A stretch of 64,000 nucleotides of DNA from assembly GCA_964234715.1 (NCBI GenBank), contig OZ174284.1; one strand, written 5' to 3'. A model generated the notes under the pieces. That model was not told the DNA's origin and made no database searches. It saw only the letters and a program-made list of their open reading frames with translations. The position numbers and the translations under genes are program-made. Positions 12,170 through 24,984 of this stretch are shown one piece after another; positions within the stretch are counted from its first letter, which is position 1, and each line of letters opens with the position of its first letter. The DNA comes from Podarcis melisellensis. Lineage: Eukaryota.

Positions 12170-12697
12170 TATTGATGAGAGTAAAAAAAACTCATTTGAG
12201 AACCACTTCTTTGACTTGCTGTGTGAATTAGCTTTAGGATTATATTTCACTTTTCATCACACCACTTCAAATGATAGTTGCTATACAGGGACTTCCCACC
12301 CTGTAGCTCAATATTTTAAATAGATGCTAGTACACCCATTGGCTTCTGTGTATCTGGTTGAATTTGGTTTTTTTGTTTTCCCCAGCTACCAAACACAGGT
12401 GTTGAGTTTACTTGAGCAACGTGACTTGGGACCATCTTTTCAATAAGCTTTAGTTCTTTGTAGAGCCAAGGCTCCAATTCTAACTTTGATTCTCACTCTT
12501 CCTTTCATTTTAAAATGTTCAGTCATTTTTCTTCCATTTCACAGCTTGATATTTCCCACTTCTCCTTTAATTCATTAATTTAATAAAGTAGAAACGAAAT
12601 ACCCTATGATCAAAAGCTCTTATTTCATGTTGGGGATTATCATCCTCTGTCCCCATACCAAATCCTTGAGTTTGACAAAGCCTGCTTTTAATTTATA

Positions 12698-12785
12698 GCA
12701 CAAGCCTAACTAGTGTCTACTTGGAAGTAAATCCTATTAAGTTTAATGGGACTTACTCCCAGATAAGGGGGTTAGGATTGCAGCT
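12698..12785. repeat. Short (~85 bp) palindromic squamate interspersed repeat
   Basis: AAGTAAATCCTATT...AATGGGACTTACT hairpin. Related copies near 22625, 41340, 56405 and 62930. Confidence 0.55.
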
Positions 12786-13930
12786 TTAATGCTTCGTGCT
12801 GTTTAGAAATTTGAATGGAGGGGTATATGAAATCACTTTATCTGTGATTTTAAAAATAATGGTCTGCCAGCAATCACAATGAAACAGCCCCATATGCCTC
12901 TGCTCAGGGTACAAAGCCATGGAAAGCCGAGGAAGCCATCTTAGCCCATTAGAAATAATTCAAGAACCACAACAGGGCAATAAACACCTTTTTCAAGACA
13001 AGCCAAAATGTCACAACACTTTGGTAATGAGATTATCTCTTCTACTTCAGTGTTGCTGTCTTAGCCCATTGCTTCATTCCTCCAGCAATATGAGCTAACA
13101 ATGGACCTTCATTGAACATTAAGAACCAAGATATCTCATGGGTTGTTTTTTTCAACATTTGGGGGAGGGGCTGTTGGAGGATTCCACCCCCCTCTTCTCC
13201 CTCTTCAAAAAGAATTTTAAGAAATATGTCTTTTCATTTTACCACCCACAAAGTTGCCTGGAGAATATTGGATCACTCAAAGCATGGATCACTTAGTTCT
13301 ACCTTGACCAACTCTTTGCTAGAGGATGGACATTCTAAGTATCAGAATCACTTACAATGCTAAATTACTTTAAGGGGAACATTAAAGACTGAATATTTCT
13401 CCACGGAGGAGGAGTACTTCCAGTTCTACAGCTCTAAGCTTGGTGTGAGCACCAGGAAAATTTTATTTGTGTTCTATGAAACTAAAAATTCATACATACG
13501 TTGATTCCAGCTGGACTTCCTTCAGATAAAGTTGCAATACAACTGTGAACAAGCTAATCAGAAGTATGTCCATATAACTTTGTATTTCGCAGTGATCCCT
13601 AAAGCCTATGTCAATTATCTTTGTTTGAAATGATTCCTTCACAACATGAACAATCGCTCCAACAATAACTTCACAATGGCAGCTTACTGCAAAAACTAAT
13701 CCATCCACTACAACATTATTATTTCTTTGAACCGTTGCCTGTCAATTTTGCAGTACCTGGTGTGCCAAGATTTAAAGACAATCATGATCAATTTTATATT
13801 TCTTCTTCGGTGTGTCAATAAGTCTGGGATCATTTTCACATTTTGTCTAGGATGAATGCAAATTCGAACTTTCAGTGGAAAGCTATTATATTTGACAGAG
13901 GAAAAAGTCTCCATGCCTTACGCTACAGAG

Positions 13931-14034
13931 AATTAATCCAGGGTTTTAAAAACAAAATAAAGATATATGTACAAAAAAGTATACTATTAAACTAGAAAAA
14001 AAAGAATAAAGACAGAGTATGAAAGGACAAATTC
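13931..14034 (+). repeat. Donor of local ~103-bp duplication
   Basis: Near-identical to 14563-14665, differing by one A-run length. Confidence 0.95.
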
Positions 14035-14491
14035 TTTGAAATTCGTCTTCAGACAAACTGCAAAACTCCATTGAGAATATAAATGGCAAACACAGTAGCA
14101 AGCCCTTTCTAAAAGTATAACCACAACAGTTTCCTTTAAATTCACATCAGATATATGTTGTTTCTTTCTTGACAGTTGTTATGAGGCCCAACATGTATTT
14201 AAAAAGACATTATTAAACAGAGAAAGGAAGCTTTCACTGAATATGAATGATATGGAATTATTTTGAAAGTTCTGAGTTGGCTATCCACCCATTTCTGAAG
14301 AGGTTTGTGCACGCACACACACACCCAAGATTGGTGAGATTTTTATAAAGACCATGTTAATAAGTCTATAGATATAGTGTGACAAGACGTGGGCAAGGGA
14401 CATGAATCCATTCAAGGCAGAAAAAGTAGAGTTGCCCCCTCAAGATTGTATTTACTTCTGCATAAAATTTGTGTTCCCCTTGGCATGCTTA

Positions 14492-14565
14492 TACAGTGGT
14501 ACCTCGGGTTACATACGCTTCAGGTTACATACGCTTCAGGTTACAGACTCTGCTAACCCAGAAAT
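14492..14565 (+). mobile_element. Tigger-type MITE family A, 5' fragment
   Basis: TA-CAGTGGTACCTCGGGTTACATACG..., truncated at CCCAGAAAT. Confidence 0.9.
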
Positions 14566-14665
14566 TAATCCAGGGTTTTAAAAACAAAATAAAGATATAT
14601 GTACAAAAAGTATACTATTAAACTAGAAAAAAAAGAATAAAGACAGAGTATGAAAGGACAAATTC
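14563..14665 (+). repeat. Templated copy of 13931-14034
   Basis: Direct repeat inserted between a truncated MITE and a truncated solo LTR. Confidence 0.92.
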
Positions 14666-14669
14666 CTTC

Positions 14670-14895
14670 CTTACACAATGAGTCTTATCTGATTGGCTGA
14701 TTTTGCTACCCTCCTGGAGCCTGATTGGGCTGCTACTGCAGGCCAATCAGTTGTTGCATTCTGCGATCCTACCAGCCTGATGGGATGATTAACTTCCTCC
14801 TGGGGTCTGATTGGGCTGCTGCTTGAAGCCAATCAGTTGTTGCATTCTAGGATCCTACTTGCCTATTGTTCTAGGATCCAAGCTTAGCACATAAC
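14670..14895 (-). mobile_element. Truncated short solo LTR (same family as 9601 and 49949)
   Basis: Ends ...CACATAACA and lacks the TGAAATATACTC end. Internal ~87-bp tandem duplication of the CCAAT module. Confidence 0.8.
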
Positions 14896-14942
14896 AGTAT
14901 TGTTTTATTGCTATGGCTGATGGCTGACGCAAATAAAGATTC

Positions 14943-14945
<3 letters not shown>

Positions 14946-14978
<33 letters not shown>
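14946..14978. repeat. (AATC)n microsatellite
   Basis: Direct inspection. Confidence 0.95.
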
Positions 14979-15117
14979 TAAATAGAACATTACAGGATAA
15001 TGGTGGGCACATCTCTGTAATATATTAATAGTACATAGAGCTATTTGAATTCTGGAGTTGCTTCATTATGGACTTAGATCATTTCACTTGCATTGTGCTT
15101 CATTTTTAGATCCCATG

Positions 15118-15484
15118 TACTGTATTTTTCCATGTATAAGACTTTGCTATTTTATTCCAAAATCATGTTCAAAATTCAGAGTCGTTTTATACATGGGCAG
15201 TGCATTGTGGGGGCGTGGGATCGGTTGTGAGTTGGAGATTGTTACTGGTGGCTGCTGCTGTTGTTGATTGGCTGTCGCTGCGGCAATATGGCGGGCGATT
15301 TGCTGTTTTTTTCTGCAATGAGACAGAGGATAGGTTGTTTTGGTGATGCATTGTCGGTCTGGCAGGTGAGTGATTTTTGGCATTTCCCCCTTTAAAAAGC
15401 TCAACAACTTTGGATTCCCCCCATATTTTCTTAATTTTGAGTCCCCCCAAATAGGGGGCATGTTATAGATGGAAAAGTACGGTA
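15118..15484. mobile_element. Tc1/mariner (Tc2/Tigger-like) MITE with CCGTATTTTTC-type TIRs
   Basis: TA-CTGTATTTTTCCATGTATAA...TTATAGATGGAAAAGTACGG-TA. Confidence 0.8.
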
Positions 15485-16388
15485 TATGAGCAAACAAATT
15501 CAAGTTGGTTGTGTATATTTTCCCAGGATGACTTGGTTGTGTCAGTTACTGCAGTGCTAAAAAAATCCTCTTGTATTTTTTTCCTGACCATTTCTCCATC
15601 AATAAGGCAAGAAATTGCACTCAGCTATTATTAAAAGGGGGAGAAATAAAATCCCCATGGGTAGGGTGCAGTGTTTTTTTATGCATTTGCTTTACTTTTG
15701 AGATGGCAAAGGAGTTTTTATGAGTTTCATTTTTCTTTCCACAAATTATCCCAGTGGTGGTCTCTACTCTTCAGTTAAATCCCAGAGGAAGACATTATGA
15801 GGCATTTCCTCTCATGGGGCTTTGTTTTTTCTTTTCAGAAAACATGGGTGCTTGGGGAGGCTGCAGAGCTCTGGCTATATATATGAAAGAAAAGCACATA
15901 ACCACTCTGGTTTGCTTCACAGTGATGATGCAAGTTTAAAAACATCAAATTCTAAATGAATTCTCAAGCACTCTGAGGTGCAAAGATGGAAGCCTGTTTC
16001 ACAGAGGAAGAAAACATCTGAGAAACTGGAGGATAGTTTTACTCTGCGCTAATTAGAGCCCCTGCACATGCCCAAATAACCTTGGGGCAAACTTTCTCAC
16101 CCCGGGATAGCTGTGGCAGTTTGTACAGTACCATCCTGCTAACTGGCAGGGAAGATTCCCCCCCCCCCCCACACATCAGGAATGTATAGAAAAATATCTG
16201 GTAGAATGTGCAGTCATAATTTGTGTGCTCTGTCATGTGAAATATCACTCTCTATAACAGAGAAAATCTGTAGGATTTTTTGTAATATATGCTGCTTCCA
16301 GGTTGATTTGTTTTTTTTAAAAAAAAACAACAGAATAAAAAAACGCAATACAGAAAATATAATCTGAACAAAAATCACTCTAACAATG

Positions 16389-16658
16389 TACAGTGGTACC
16401 TCGGGTTACATATGCTTCAGGTTACATACGCTTCAGGTTACACACTCCGCTAACCCAGAAATAGTGCTTCAGGTTAAGAACTTTGCTTCAGGATAAGAAC
16501 AGAAATTGTGCTCTGGCGGCGCTGCAGCAACAGGAGGCCCCATTAGCTAAAGTGGTGCTTCAGGTTAAGAACAGTTTCAGGTTAAGAACAGTTTCAGGTT
16601 AAGAACAGTTTCAGGACCTCTGGAACAAATTAAGCACTTAACCAGAGGTACCACTGTA
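16389..16658 (+). mobile_element. Tigger-type MITE family A
   Basis: TIRs with TA TSD, and an extra copy of the internal TTCAGGTTAAGAACAGT unit. Confidence 0.93.
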
Positions 16659-18012
16659 ATGCTATACATGCTATACAAGTTCAGTGGTATTTACTCCCAG
16701 GGAAGTGTGTACCAGGATAGGATTCTAAAACAACTCAAGTTTAAAATCCTAGGAAATGTATTCAAAAGTGTGCATGCTTCTGATAAGGGAACAGTTTCAT
16801 CATCTATTGGAGGGGGGAATGTAAAATATCTGTTTCAGGGAAGATTGAAAAACAGTGAGGGGTTTGTTCCTTTTGTCTCATCTCCATTCCCAACCTCCTG
16901 GTTTAATCATTTTGGAATCTGCTCAGAATCCTTTACAAGACAGAAGATGCTGTGCTTATCAGGCCACTGTTTTGCTTTGCTGAAGCTGTGGAAGCTCAAT
17001 AAAGCTGAGTTCTTTACATTACAAACAATTTCACTGCTAACTCACTCATTAATAATACTCAGAATTTCACTGGGCAGCTCATTAACACCAGGGTGCTTCA
17101 GTGCCACTGCTGTTGATGAAACATTTTTCTGCAGCCACATTTTACCATATTTTTAAAGGAATAATGCAATACCAAAGTCTGCTCCCCCCTTTTTTTGTTT
17201 TGTTTCCTCCCCCCCCCCATCAAGGACTCATTGTTGGTGGTATTGTTTTCGCTAAAGAACGCCATCTCAAGTATTCTTTTAAACAATGCACAAAGGCATC
17301 TGCAGAATAACTGAGCTTTAGAAGAAATCAGTAGGATACATTGCCACACATTTGAAATAAGAAGTTGATAAATGTGCGGCATGACAGAGTGAATAAGAGA
17401 TATATAATGAGAAGCTGTTTTCTTGCCTGAAAGAACATGCACACAACAACAACAAAAACAACACAAAATGTCCTCAATGGAAAAGGAAGTCTAGAAAGTG
17501 TTGGCATTTTTAGTGTTTGTTTTCAACTGGTTTACAAGAATAAAAGGAGAATTGCCTGCGTGCCTAGATACAGGTTTGGGGGCAAATACTCTGAGTGAGA
17601 CAACTCCAACAGAGATTTAAAATCACAAAGCATGCAGCAAAGTAAAGTGTGGAAATATAGGCTGTTAGACCTTTAAAATACCCCCTTCTAAGTCGCTTCC
17701 AGTGTTCCCCTCACTTCTCCTTTAGTGCAGAAAGACCACAAACTCTTCAAACACTTCAAAGGTCACACAGGAAAACAAACATGGCTTGCTAAAGTCATGG
17801 AGTCTGGGCCTGGAGTGATCAGCCCAGAAGTCCTTTCTAGCTGGATTCACATGGTTGGAAGAGAACAAAGGCTTTTGATAATGCTTCCTCCCAAGGTGAG
17901 GGGGTGTGACCTAGTTAATTCTAGCAGAACTGCTTACTCTATGGTCTTAACCCCTTCCTGCATTAACTAGCACTAAGTATGCTGGTTGTATGAGGCTGAT
18001 ATTTATCCCACA

Positions 18013-18366
18013 GGGACACGGGTGGCGCTGTGGGTTAAACCACAGAGCCTAGGACTTGCCAATCAGAAGGTCAGTGGTTTGAATCCCTGCGACGGGGTGA
18101 GCTCCCATTGCTTGGTCCCTGCTCCTGCCAACCTAGCAGTTCGAAAGCACGGCAAAGTGCAAGTAGATAAATAGGTATTGCTCCAGCGGGAAGGTAAATG
18201 GTGTTTCCATGCACTGCTCGGGTTTCGCCAGAAGCGGCTTAGTCATGCTGGCCACATAACCCGGAAGCTGTACACCGGCTCCCTCGGCCAATAAAGTGAG
18301 ATGAGCGCCACAACCCCAGAGTCGGCCATGACTGGACCTAATGGTCAGGGGTCCCTTTACCTTTTT
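18013..18366 (+). mobile_element. Sauria SINE
   Basis: Full length, TSD ATTTATCCCACAG at 18001-18013 and 18367-18379. Confidence 0.95.
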
Positions 18367-18379
18367 ATTTATCCCACAG

Positions 18380-18453
18380 GAGTGCCTGGCGTGCTCTGGT
18401 CCATGGGGTCATGAAGAGTTGGACACAACTAAACGACTAAACAACAGCAACCA
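18380..18453 (+). mobile_element. Bov-B LINE extreme 3' end
   Basis: Matches the 3' end of the Bov-B at 56474-56916 (GAGTGCCTGGCGTGCTCTGGTCCATGGGGTCA...GACTAAACAACA). Flanked by ATTTATCC(C/T)ACAG. Confidence 0.88.
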
Positions 18454-19086
18454 ATTTATCCTACAGAAAGTACCAAAGAATGCAAATGCTTCATTGGTGC
18501 TGAAAGGCACTTAGTAAGTTACACTGTGCTGAACTTTGTAACTGCTTTGTTCTGGAGCTCTAAAGCACTTATTGTTAGCTGTCTGCTTGGCATTCATATT
18601 GTGTGTGACAAGTACTGGAGGGAAAATGTTCATAAATATATCATTTAAACAGGTGTGTAGTATTCTTTGGTATAATAAAATTGTACAAAAGGGAGGGCAA
18701 AAATCAGTTAATCAAGGGTAACATGAATGCACAAATTGATATTGATATGTTGTATTTAAGAGTGGCTGAACCTGGTCCATTAAACCACAGCAACCCAGAC
18801 CACCAGCTCACTAATATATTTAAAAGGGTCAATAGAACAAAGAAGCATATCAGTTTATACCTGTACCCAACCAGCCATGTGTTGTCAACAACATATCATC
18901 TTAATGTTCTCAAACAGCCGTGATGGATGAGTGTCCTTTCATTCTTTATTATTATTATTGACATACAGTGCCATCTCTGATTAAATTATGGTGACATTCT
19001 TTTTCTTTTTTTTGTAACATGCATCAAATGTTGCCTCCTTAGGGTTGCAAGATCACAGTAGAAAACAGTTCACAATAAAAATATAA

Positions 19087-19838
19087 TTGCGTGTGGAGGT
19101 CCCCAAGACACCCCTCAAATAATTCACAAATCACAAGTAATTTTAGTTTAAGGTTTTTGGCACTATTTTGGCCACAACTTTATTAAAATACATAACCTGT
19201 GAGTGGTTGCTTAGGCATTGGTTATGACTATCTGTCCTCCCACCTGGGACAGAACTGACTATCTGAACTCCCTCGGACGCCAGTGAAGGGAAAACAATGT
19301 TGGGGATCAGTCATGCTGGCCACATAACCCAACCAGCTCCCCAAGGCTTGCCGGCCCTGGTCCCATTTCAGGGATTGGACGAAATCGTGGCAAGCCCCAG
19401 GATTCCTTTAACGGAATTCCCTTCCAGCACCATTGGAGGGGCAGGCACAGCCTATCCTGACCCCTCCTCCACCAATTTTTATAACCAATGCCTAACAGCA
19501 ACCTTACAAGTTGTGACAAGTAGTAGGCAAAAACCAAATGGCACCAGCCAATCAGCCAAATAGACAAAATTCCTACTAGGCCCCTGCCCCAATGGCAGAC
19601 GACCCCATGACAGGCATAGCAAGGTCAACTGGAACACAGGGCGGGCGGGCGATCTGATGCACTCTGTGAAAGAGAAAGCAAAAGCAGAGTGCCCCCAATA
19701 TTTAAAGCCTTTAGTCCCACCCACCCAATTTGCAACATGCAATTTGCTCCAGCAACCCGGTCAGCCAATCGTTGCTTCAGGCAATAACCATTAACCTGCC
19801 TGGCAACAGAGGGTTGGCCTGGCAGACCCCACCGCAAC
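19087..19838 (-). mobile_element. LTR-like element (family shared with 30038 and 38298)
   Basis: TTGCG...CGCAAC ends, AATAAAGTTGTGGCC on the minus strand and a shared GTTGTGA..TAGGCAAAAACCAAATGG..AATTCCTAC block. No TSD found. Confidence 0.65.
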
Positions 19839-20559
19839 CCGTGCTCTCATTTTAGGGAGAACACGCTTTGTTTTCAAAGCAACAAGAATAGGGGAAACAG
19901 CAGCAGTGTTGTTTCAGGCTGATGACTCTTGAAACAGAAGCATATTATGTTGGCAGGGACATGGATGACAGGGAAGAGGGGGCAAGATGGGTTTCTAGGG
20001 CTAAGAGCTCTTCATTTTGGGTGCCATGACAGAGGAAGGTGTTTCCTGCACCTTCAACTGTGCTTCAGCTAGTGATAAAACATGCAAAAAAAGAGCCTCT
20101 CCAACTGACCTCAGTAGATGCACAGGATTCTAAAGGAGAAGATTGTGGGCCTTGACTGAGTGCCACTCTGTGTGGGGCAATGTCTTTTGGTCGCATGCCA
20201 GGCTTGATGCCTCTAAACAGCAGCTCCTGGAGCGGGGCCTTTGTCTTCCCAACTGTGGCTTCATAATCAAGCTGTTAATTGTCTCCTGAATGCATTCCCT
20301 TAACCTCCATTTAGTTTCAGCTCTTGCTGCTTTCCCTCAAGTTCATGACCCAAAGCATAATTAGTAGTTGTAGTGACAACTCATTGGATCTCTTATGGTC
20401 TGTTTTATTGTTGGGGCTGGATGTCTTTGTTAAAAGTGAGGAATATCATTGAGGCAGGCAGATATTGACTTTCCCCGACACTTCCAAACAGAGTCACAAT
20501 GCTTTGAGACACAGATCTAAACTTTAGTCTCCTATAGAACCATATTGCCTTCGTGGGCA

Positions 20560-20830
20560 TCAATAATTGCCAGTGGATACGCTCTCATCATTCGCCCTAC
20601 AGCGGAGTCACGTTGCAATGAAACATGAGAACAAAGAGCAGCGTGAATAATTCAGTTATTTAGTATTTGTTGAATAGATTTTTATTGACAGCTTAATTTT
20701 GTTGCAGACGTCGGAGAAAAATATATGATGACGGCTGCAATGCAGCCCCTGTTAGGAATGCTTAAATTCTGGTGAACTCACTCTGTCATGCAGCAAAATC
20801 TGTCTACTTTGTAAGTAAATCTGAGTTCCT
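20560..20830. promoter_or_regulatory. Putative conserved non-coding element
   Basis: Unique sequence that retains CpG, with TGACAG, TAATT and TGACG motifs. Untested. Confidence 0.3.
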
Positions 20831-20984
20831 TGGCAAGTGTGTTTAGGACAGCAACCTAAATTTAATCCATATGATCCATTTAATTCAATTTTAGACTATG
20901 TCTTCTTTAAAATCCATGCTAGCAGTGATCAGAAAAGGATTGTGTTCCACATCATTTGTGGGGCAAGTGGCCAAACAATACACG

Positions 20985-21230
20985 TACAGTGGTACCTCGG
21001 GTTACATACGCTTCAAGTTACATACGCTTCAGATTACAGACTCCACTAACCCAGAAATAGTACATCGGGTTAAGAACTTTGCTTCAGGATGAGAATAGAA
21101 ATCGTGCTCCGGCGGTGCGGTGGCAGCAGGAGGCCCCATTAGCTAAAGTGGTGCTTCAGGTTAAGGACAGTTTCAGGTTAAGAACGGACCTCCAGAACGA
21201 ATTAAGTACTTAACCCGAGGTACCACTGTA
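20985..21230 (+). mobile_element. Tigger-type MITE family A (intact)
   Basis: Perfect TIRs CAGTGGTACCTCGGGTTA with TA TSD. Confidence 0.95.
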
Positions 21231-23156
21231 TACACCATTCACATCTTTTGTATGATGAACTCTGGTGTCGTGCTTTGTACGATGCACTTGAGAAGAGAAT
21301 GAAGTGGGGCAAGGGAGGGAAGCTTTTGGCCTAGAGGGTGTCCCAAGGGCGGACAGAAAGGAACATTTGGTTCCTGTGCCTGTTGTAGAGCACACCCTAT
21401 GGTGCATTTCCATCTTCCATTTACATGTCACTCACATTGCCCTCTGAACAAAATCTATTGTAAAATTTTGCACAGCAGTAGCCTCCTTCATTTGATTTGA
21501 TTCAGTTCTGGATATAATGCATTGCCTTCTCAATCACAAAGGGTGATGGGCGTAAATTTCTAAGTGGCTTTTTAGAAAAACCACTATAAGAACATAACCT
21601 AAGTATTTCAGGCAAGATTCTGATATTTCTTCAACAGCGCTGGCATGTTACCACAGAATTACACAAATGGGAAGGTGAAATGTCACAAGTTTGAGATGAC
21701 AACATCTACTCAGTGGTGAACAAGCACAGGCTGATGTTTCAAGTAATGCTAAGATGATAATATTCTTTATATATAAAAAGTACTTTGCTTTAAGCTCTAT
21801 ATGCTTGTATTCTGACTGCTTCTTCAAAATGACTTTGGCCTTGAATGATGATCAGTCAATCAAGTGAAGCTTACCCCAGTTTTTTTTATAACCCGAAACA
21901 ACCAAGGAGCTGAAATTCTCAGGGGGAGATTGCAGTTTCCCACCCAACTTCCGTCTCCCCACTCAAAAGTTTATTTCTGAGCTGCCCTCCCACACCCAGA
22001 AGAAAAGATATAGGTATCTACAGAATTACAAGACAAAAGAGAGAGGTTGATTCTACATCATACACACAGGAACAGGTTTCTGTTTGGCTGCATGCTTTTC
22101 TTCCTGGTAGCTGTGTAAAGCAGCTGAAGGGCAGTTTTTTGAAGAAGTACCACAAAAGACAATAGCGTTAAGAAGGATGCTCCCCGCCGAATTCTCTGAT
22201 GCAGGTTGCTTTATCAGTAAATATAAGAAAATAGACTGTTGTAGAAATAAGACATTATGTGGCTGCATGTCGTAAAAGTAAGAAAATAACATGTTAGAGG
22301 ATAACTGCCCAGTACCCACAACTGCGTGTTGTTTAACTTCAGGCCTGAGAAGAAGAAACTGTGACTGTTCCTTGAACATAGAGAAACAAAACAGTTCTCA
22401 TTAAGGACTGTTGTCTGGCTTGTTGGGTGTCCATGAACATAAAATGCACCACACCCGGCCTATAGATGATTGATACATAGATTGTTTCAGTTTCGTTCAA
22501 CAGTGTTAGTTGAGGTTTTCTTGTATGCCCTGCTGATGGGCTGATTTCTTTACAGAAGGCACAAAAATGCAGCCAAAACCTAGTCTCTTGGTTTTCTTGA
22601 TGTTCTGTTCTTTGACTTGGACTATGATCTTAACCTCGCTTACCTGGAAGTGAACCCCATTGAATTCACTAGCACATACTTCCAAATAGTAATGGCTAGA
22701 AATCCCCACAGGCCCATTTTCAGCCCACGCTTTCTGTTCCATGCCATTTGCTCACTTGTTCTGGCCTAATAGACAGAAGGAGTTAGAAGCAGGTTCTGGC
22801 AAGGCAAAAGTGCCAGTAAACATATAGGTATCCATCTATCCTTTAGGTTGGTCGGTTGACTGACCGAACGGCAACCTCACTCTTCCTTCCAAAGTGATAG
22901 ATTTTCTTTTTTTAAAAAAATAATAATAATCTAAAGTGAAAGGCATTGTACGAAATCCCATGCTCCTTGAAAAGCTTAGATTTTCTATAGCCATTTCCCC
23001 CCTAATGTTGTTTTCAGGGATAACAGGTTCTTCCAAACATTTGGTGCCTGACGATTTGTGCTAAGTTAGACACGTGGTCTGCTGATCCCAAGTTTCTCAG
23101 AATGTTGTTGATTTTGCACAGCCATATCAACAAATCAAACAAGGGAAAGGCAATAC

Positions 23157-23256
23157 CTCAGTGGAAGACCATCAGCTTTGAATACAGTAGGTCCCAGGTA
23201 TGGCTAGGAGAGACCCCTGCCTGAACCCCTGGAGGGTTTGACATAAGGTTCCTATG
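23157..23256 (+). mobile_element. Decayed tRNA-derived SINE with CR1-like tail
   Basis: CTCAGTGG...GGTCCCAGGT...CCTGCCTGAACCCCTGGAG...TTCCTATG resembles a common squamate SINE, with deletions. Confidence 0.45.
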
Positions 23257-23916
23257 ATGGGATACTGCCAGGGAGGTATGGCCCATCATGGCCCCCACGT
23301 CACCTCCGGACGATCCACCGATCTCCCGTAGATACAGTATCAGCAATTAGCAACACGAGCTCCAGAAAATAGCTTGCCACATTCCAGAACTGATGCACAC
23401 TCTATCAGCAGAATTCGCACAGCGAACGAGGCACGCAGGAGAGTATTATTTAGAAGTTTATTCAGCGTTGGTCAGAACAAAGAAAAAACATGACTGCCTG
23501 CTTCGGTCTGCTCAGGCAGAGAGAAACAAAAGCATAGACACAACAGAAACATCCTGTGAACAGGAAATACGCAGACTCTGTGACTCACAAAGCCTGCTCC
23601 CTTTTAAGGTGGAACGGAAATATCCTAACAACTTGTAGGTTGTCAATTAATCTTCTGGCTGTGTTATGCTTATTGCTGCTAAGCTCTAATGCAGGGATGT
23701 GAACGTGTAGATCTCCAGATGTTACTGATTGTGGCTGGTGGGATGTAGGACCATACATACCATACATTTAAAGCACATGGCTTCTCCCTCCCCGCCCCTG
23801 CCCCCAAGAATCCTGGGAACAGGAATTTGTTAAGAGTGCTGGGATTTGCAGCTCTATGAGGGTAAACTACAGTAATCTGTAAGAGAAGACCTCTCCTCCT
23901 CCCAGAGGGGAGGGGT

Positions 23917-24123
23917 TGTGAGTGGGAGCCGGTTCCCGTGTCGGCAGGGGGGTGTTCCCGGCCCCCTGCACCAGCCATTCTGGCTGCTGCGCCACGCCCC
24001 TGCCGCCAGCCAATCGGACTGGCCCGGGAGCGGGGTTTAGCTGCACCTAAGCGGCCACGGCAGCGCTGCTCCATCACTTTGCTCTGGATTTTCGTCAAGC
24101 AGGTGGCGGGTCCTTGACTCACA
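23917..24123. mobile_element. Small CpG-rich LTR-like element
   Basis: TGTGAGT...ACTCACA inverted ends, GC box and CCAAT. No TSD. Confidence 0.4.
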
Positions 24124-24261
24124 AGTGATGTGCTTGAAATGTGTGCATGCAACCTTAGAGTCAAACATCTGGAGGAGCAACAGCTTCCCTATCACTTCTC
24201 TAATGAGCAAAATTGTGCATGTTTTGTTTTGGAAGCAAGTAAATGGAATCTAAAAGTAAAT

Positions 24262-24605
24262 GGATGTGGGTGGCAGTGTGGGTTAAACCACAGAGCCTAG
24301 GACTTGCCAATCAGAAGGTCAGCAGTTTGAATCCCCATGACGGGGTGAGCTTCCGTTGCTCGGTCCCAAATCCTGCCCCCCTAGCAGTTCGAAAGCACAT
24401 CAAAGTGCAAGTAGATAAATAGGTACTGCTCCGGTGAGAAGGTAAACGGCGTTTCTGTGCGCTGCTCTGGTTGGCCAGAAGTGGCTTAGTCATGCTGGCC
24501 ACATGCTGTACGCCGGCTCCCTCAGCCAATGAAGTGAGATGAGCGCCACAACCCGAGTCATCCGTGACTGGACCTAATGGTCAGTGGTCCCATTACCTTT
24601 ACCTT
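24262..24605 (+). mobile_element. Sauria SINE
   Basis: Consensus match, TSD TAAATGGAATCTAAA at 24240-24254 and 24606-24620. Confidence 0.95.
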
Positions 24606-24984
24606 TAAATGGAATCTAAAGCAAGAAAGCAAGCTTCTGTTGACAGTAAAAGTGTGTCTATGTGGTTTTTTTTAGGGGGGGGGTTGTGTTCAAATGTGAA
24701 TGAAGTTTCAGAATGAGAAGGAAGGAAGGACAAAAGTGGTTTCCCTCTGGCATCAAAAGATTTACAGATCACTGCAAAAAGTTTCAGCTCTCCTTAGGCT
24801 CAAGTAATTAAAATGAAACTACCGTGCCATTTCTAATTAGAGTTACAGATCCCAGAAACATTTTCTGGTCATGGTGACAAAATCCATCATAATTTTAAAA
24901 AGCAGGATATACACTGCATATTCTGGGTAGTGGCATTGTAATGACATGAATGGTGTCAAGCTTTTCCGTTGCGTTCCGTTCCTT

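Noticed and set aside
13370-14270. AT-rich stretch with peptide fragments (ISLNRCLSI, GPCR-like; TLIPAGLPSDKV, Helitron helicase-like)
   Set aside because: The matches are under 12 residues, lack flanking motifs and are interrupted by stops, so they are consistent with chance.
16389-16658. Short regularly repeated TTCAGGTTA units resembling a CRISPR array
   Set aside because: They are subterminal repeats of a eukaryotic MITE, with no unique spacers or cas genes.
16659-17156. 165-aa ORF
   Set aside because: Starts in a repeat remnant and has no recognisable motif or codon-like pattern.
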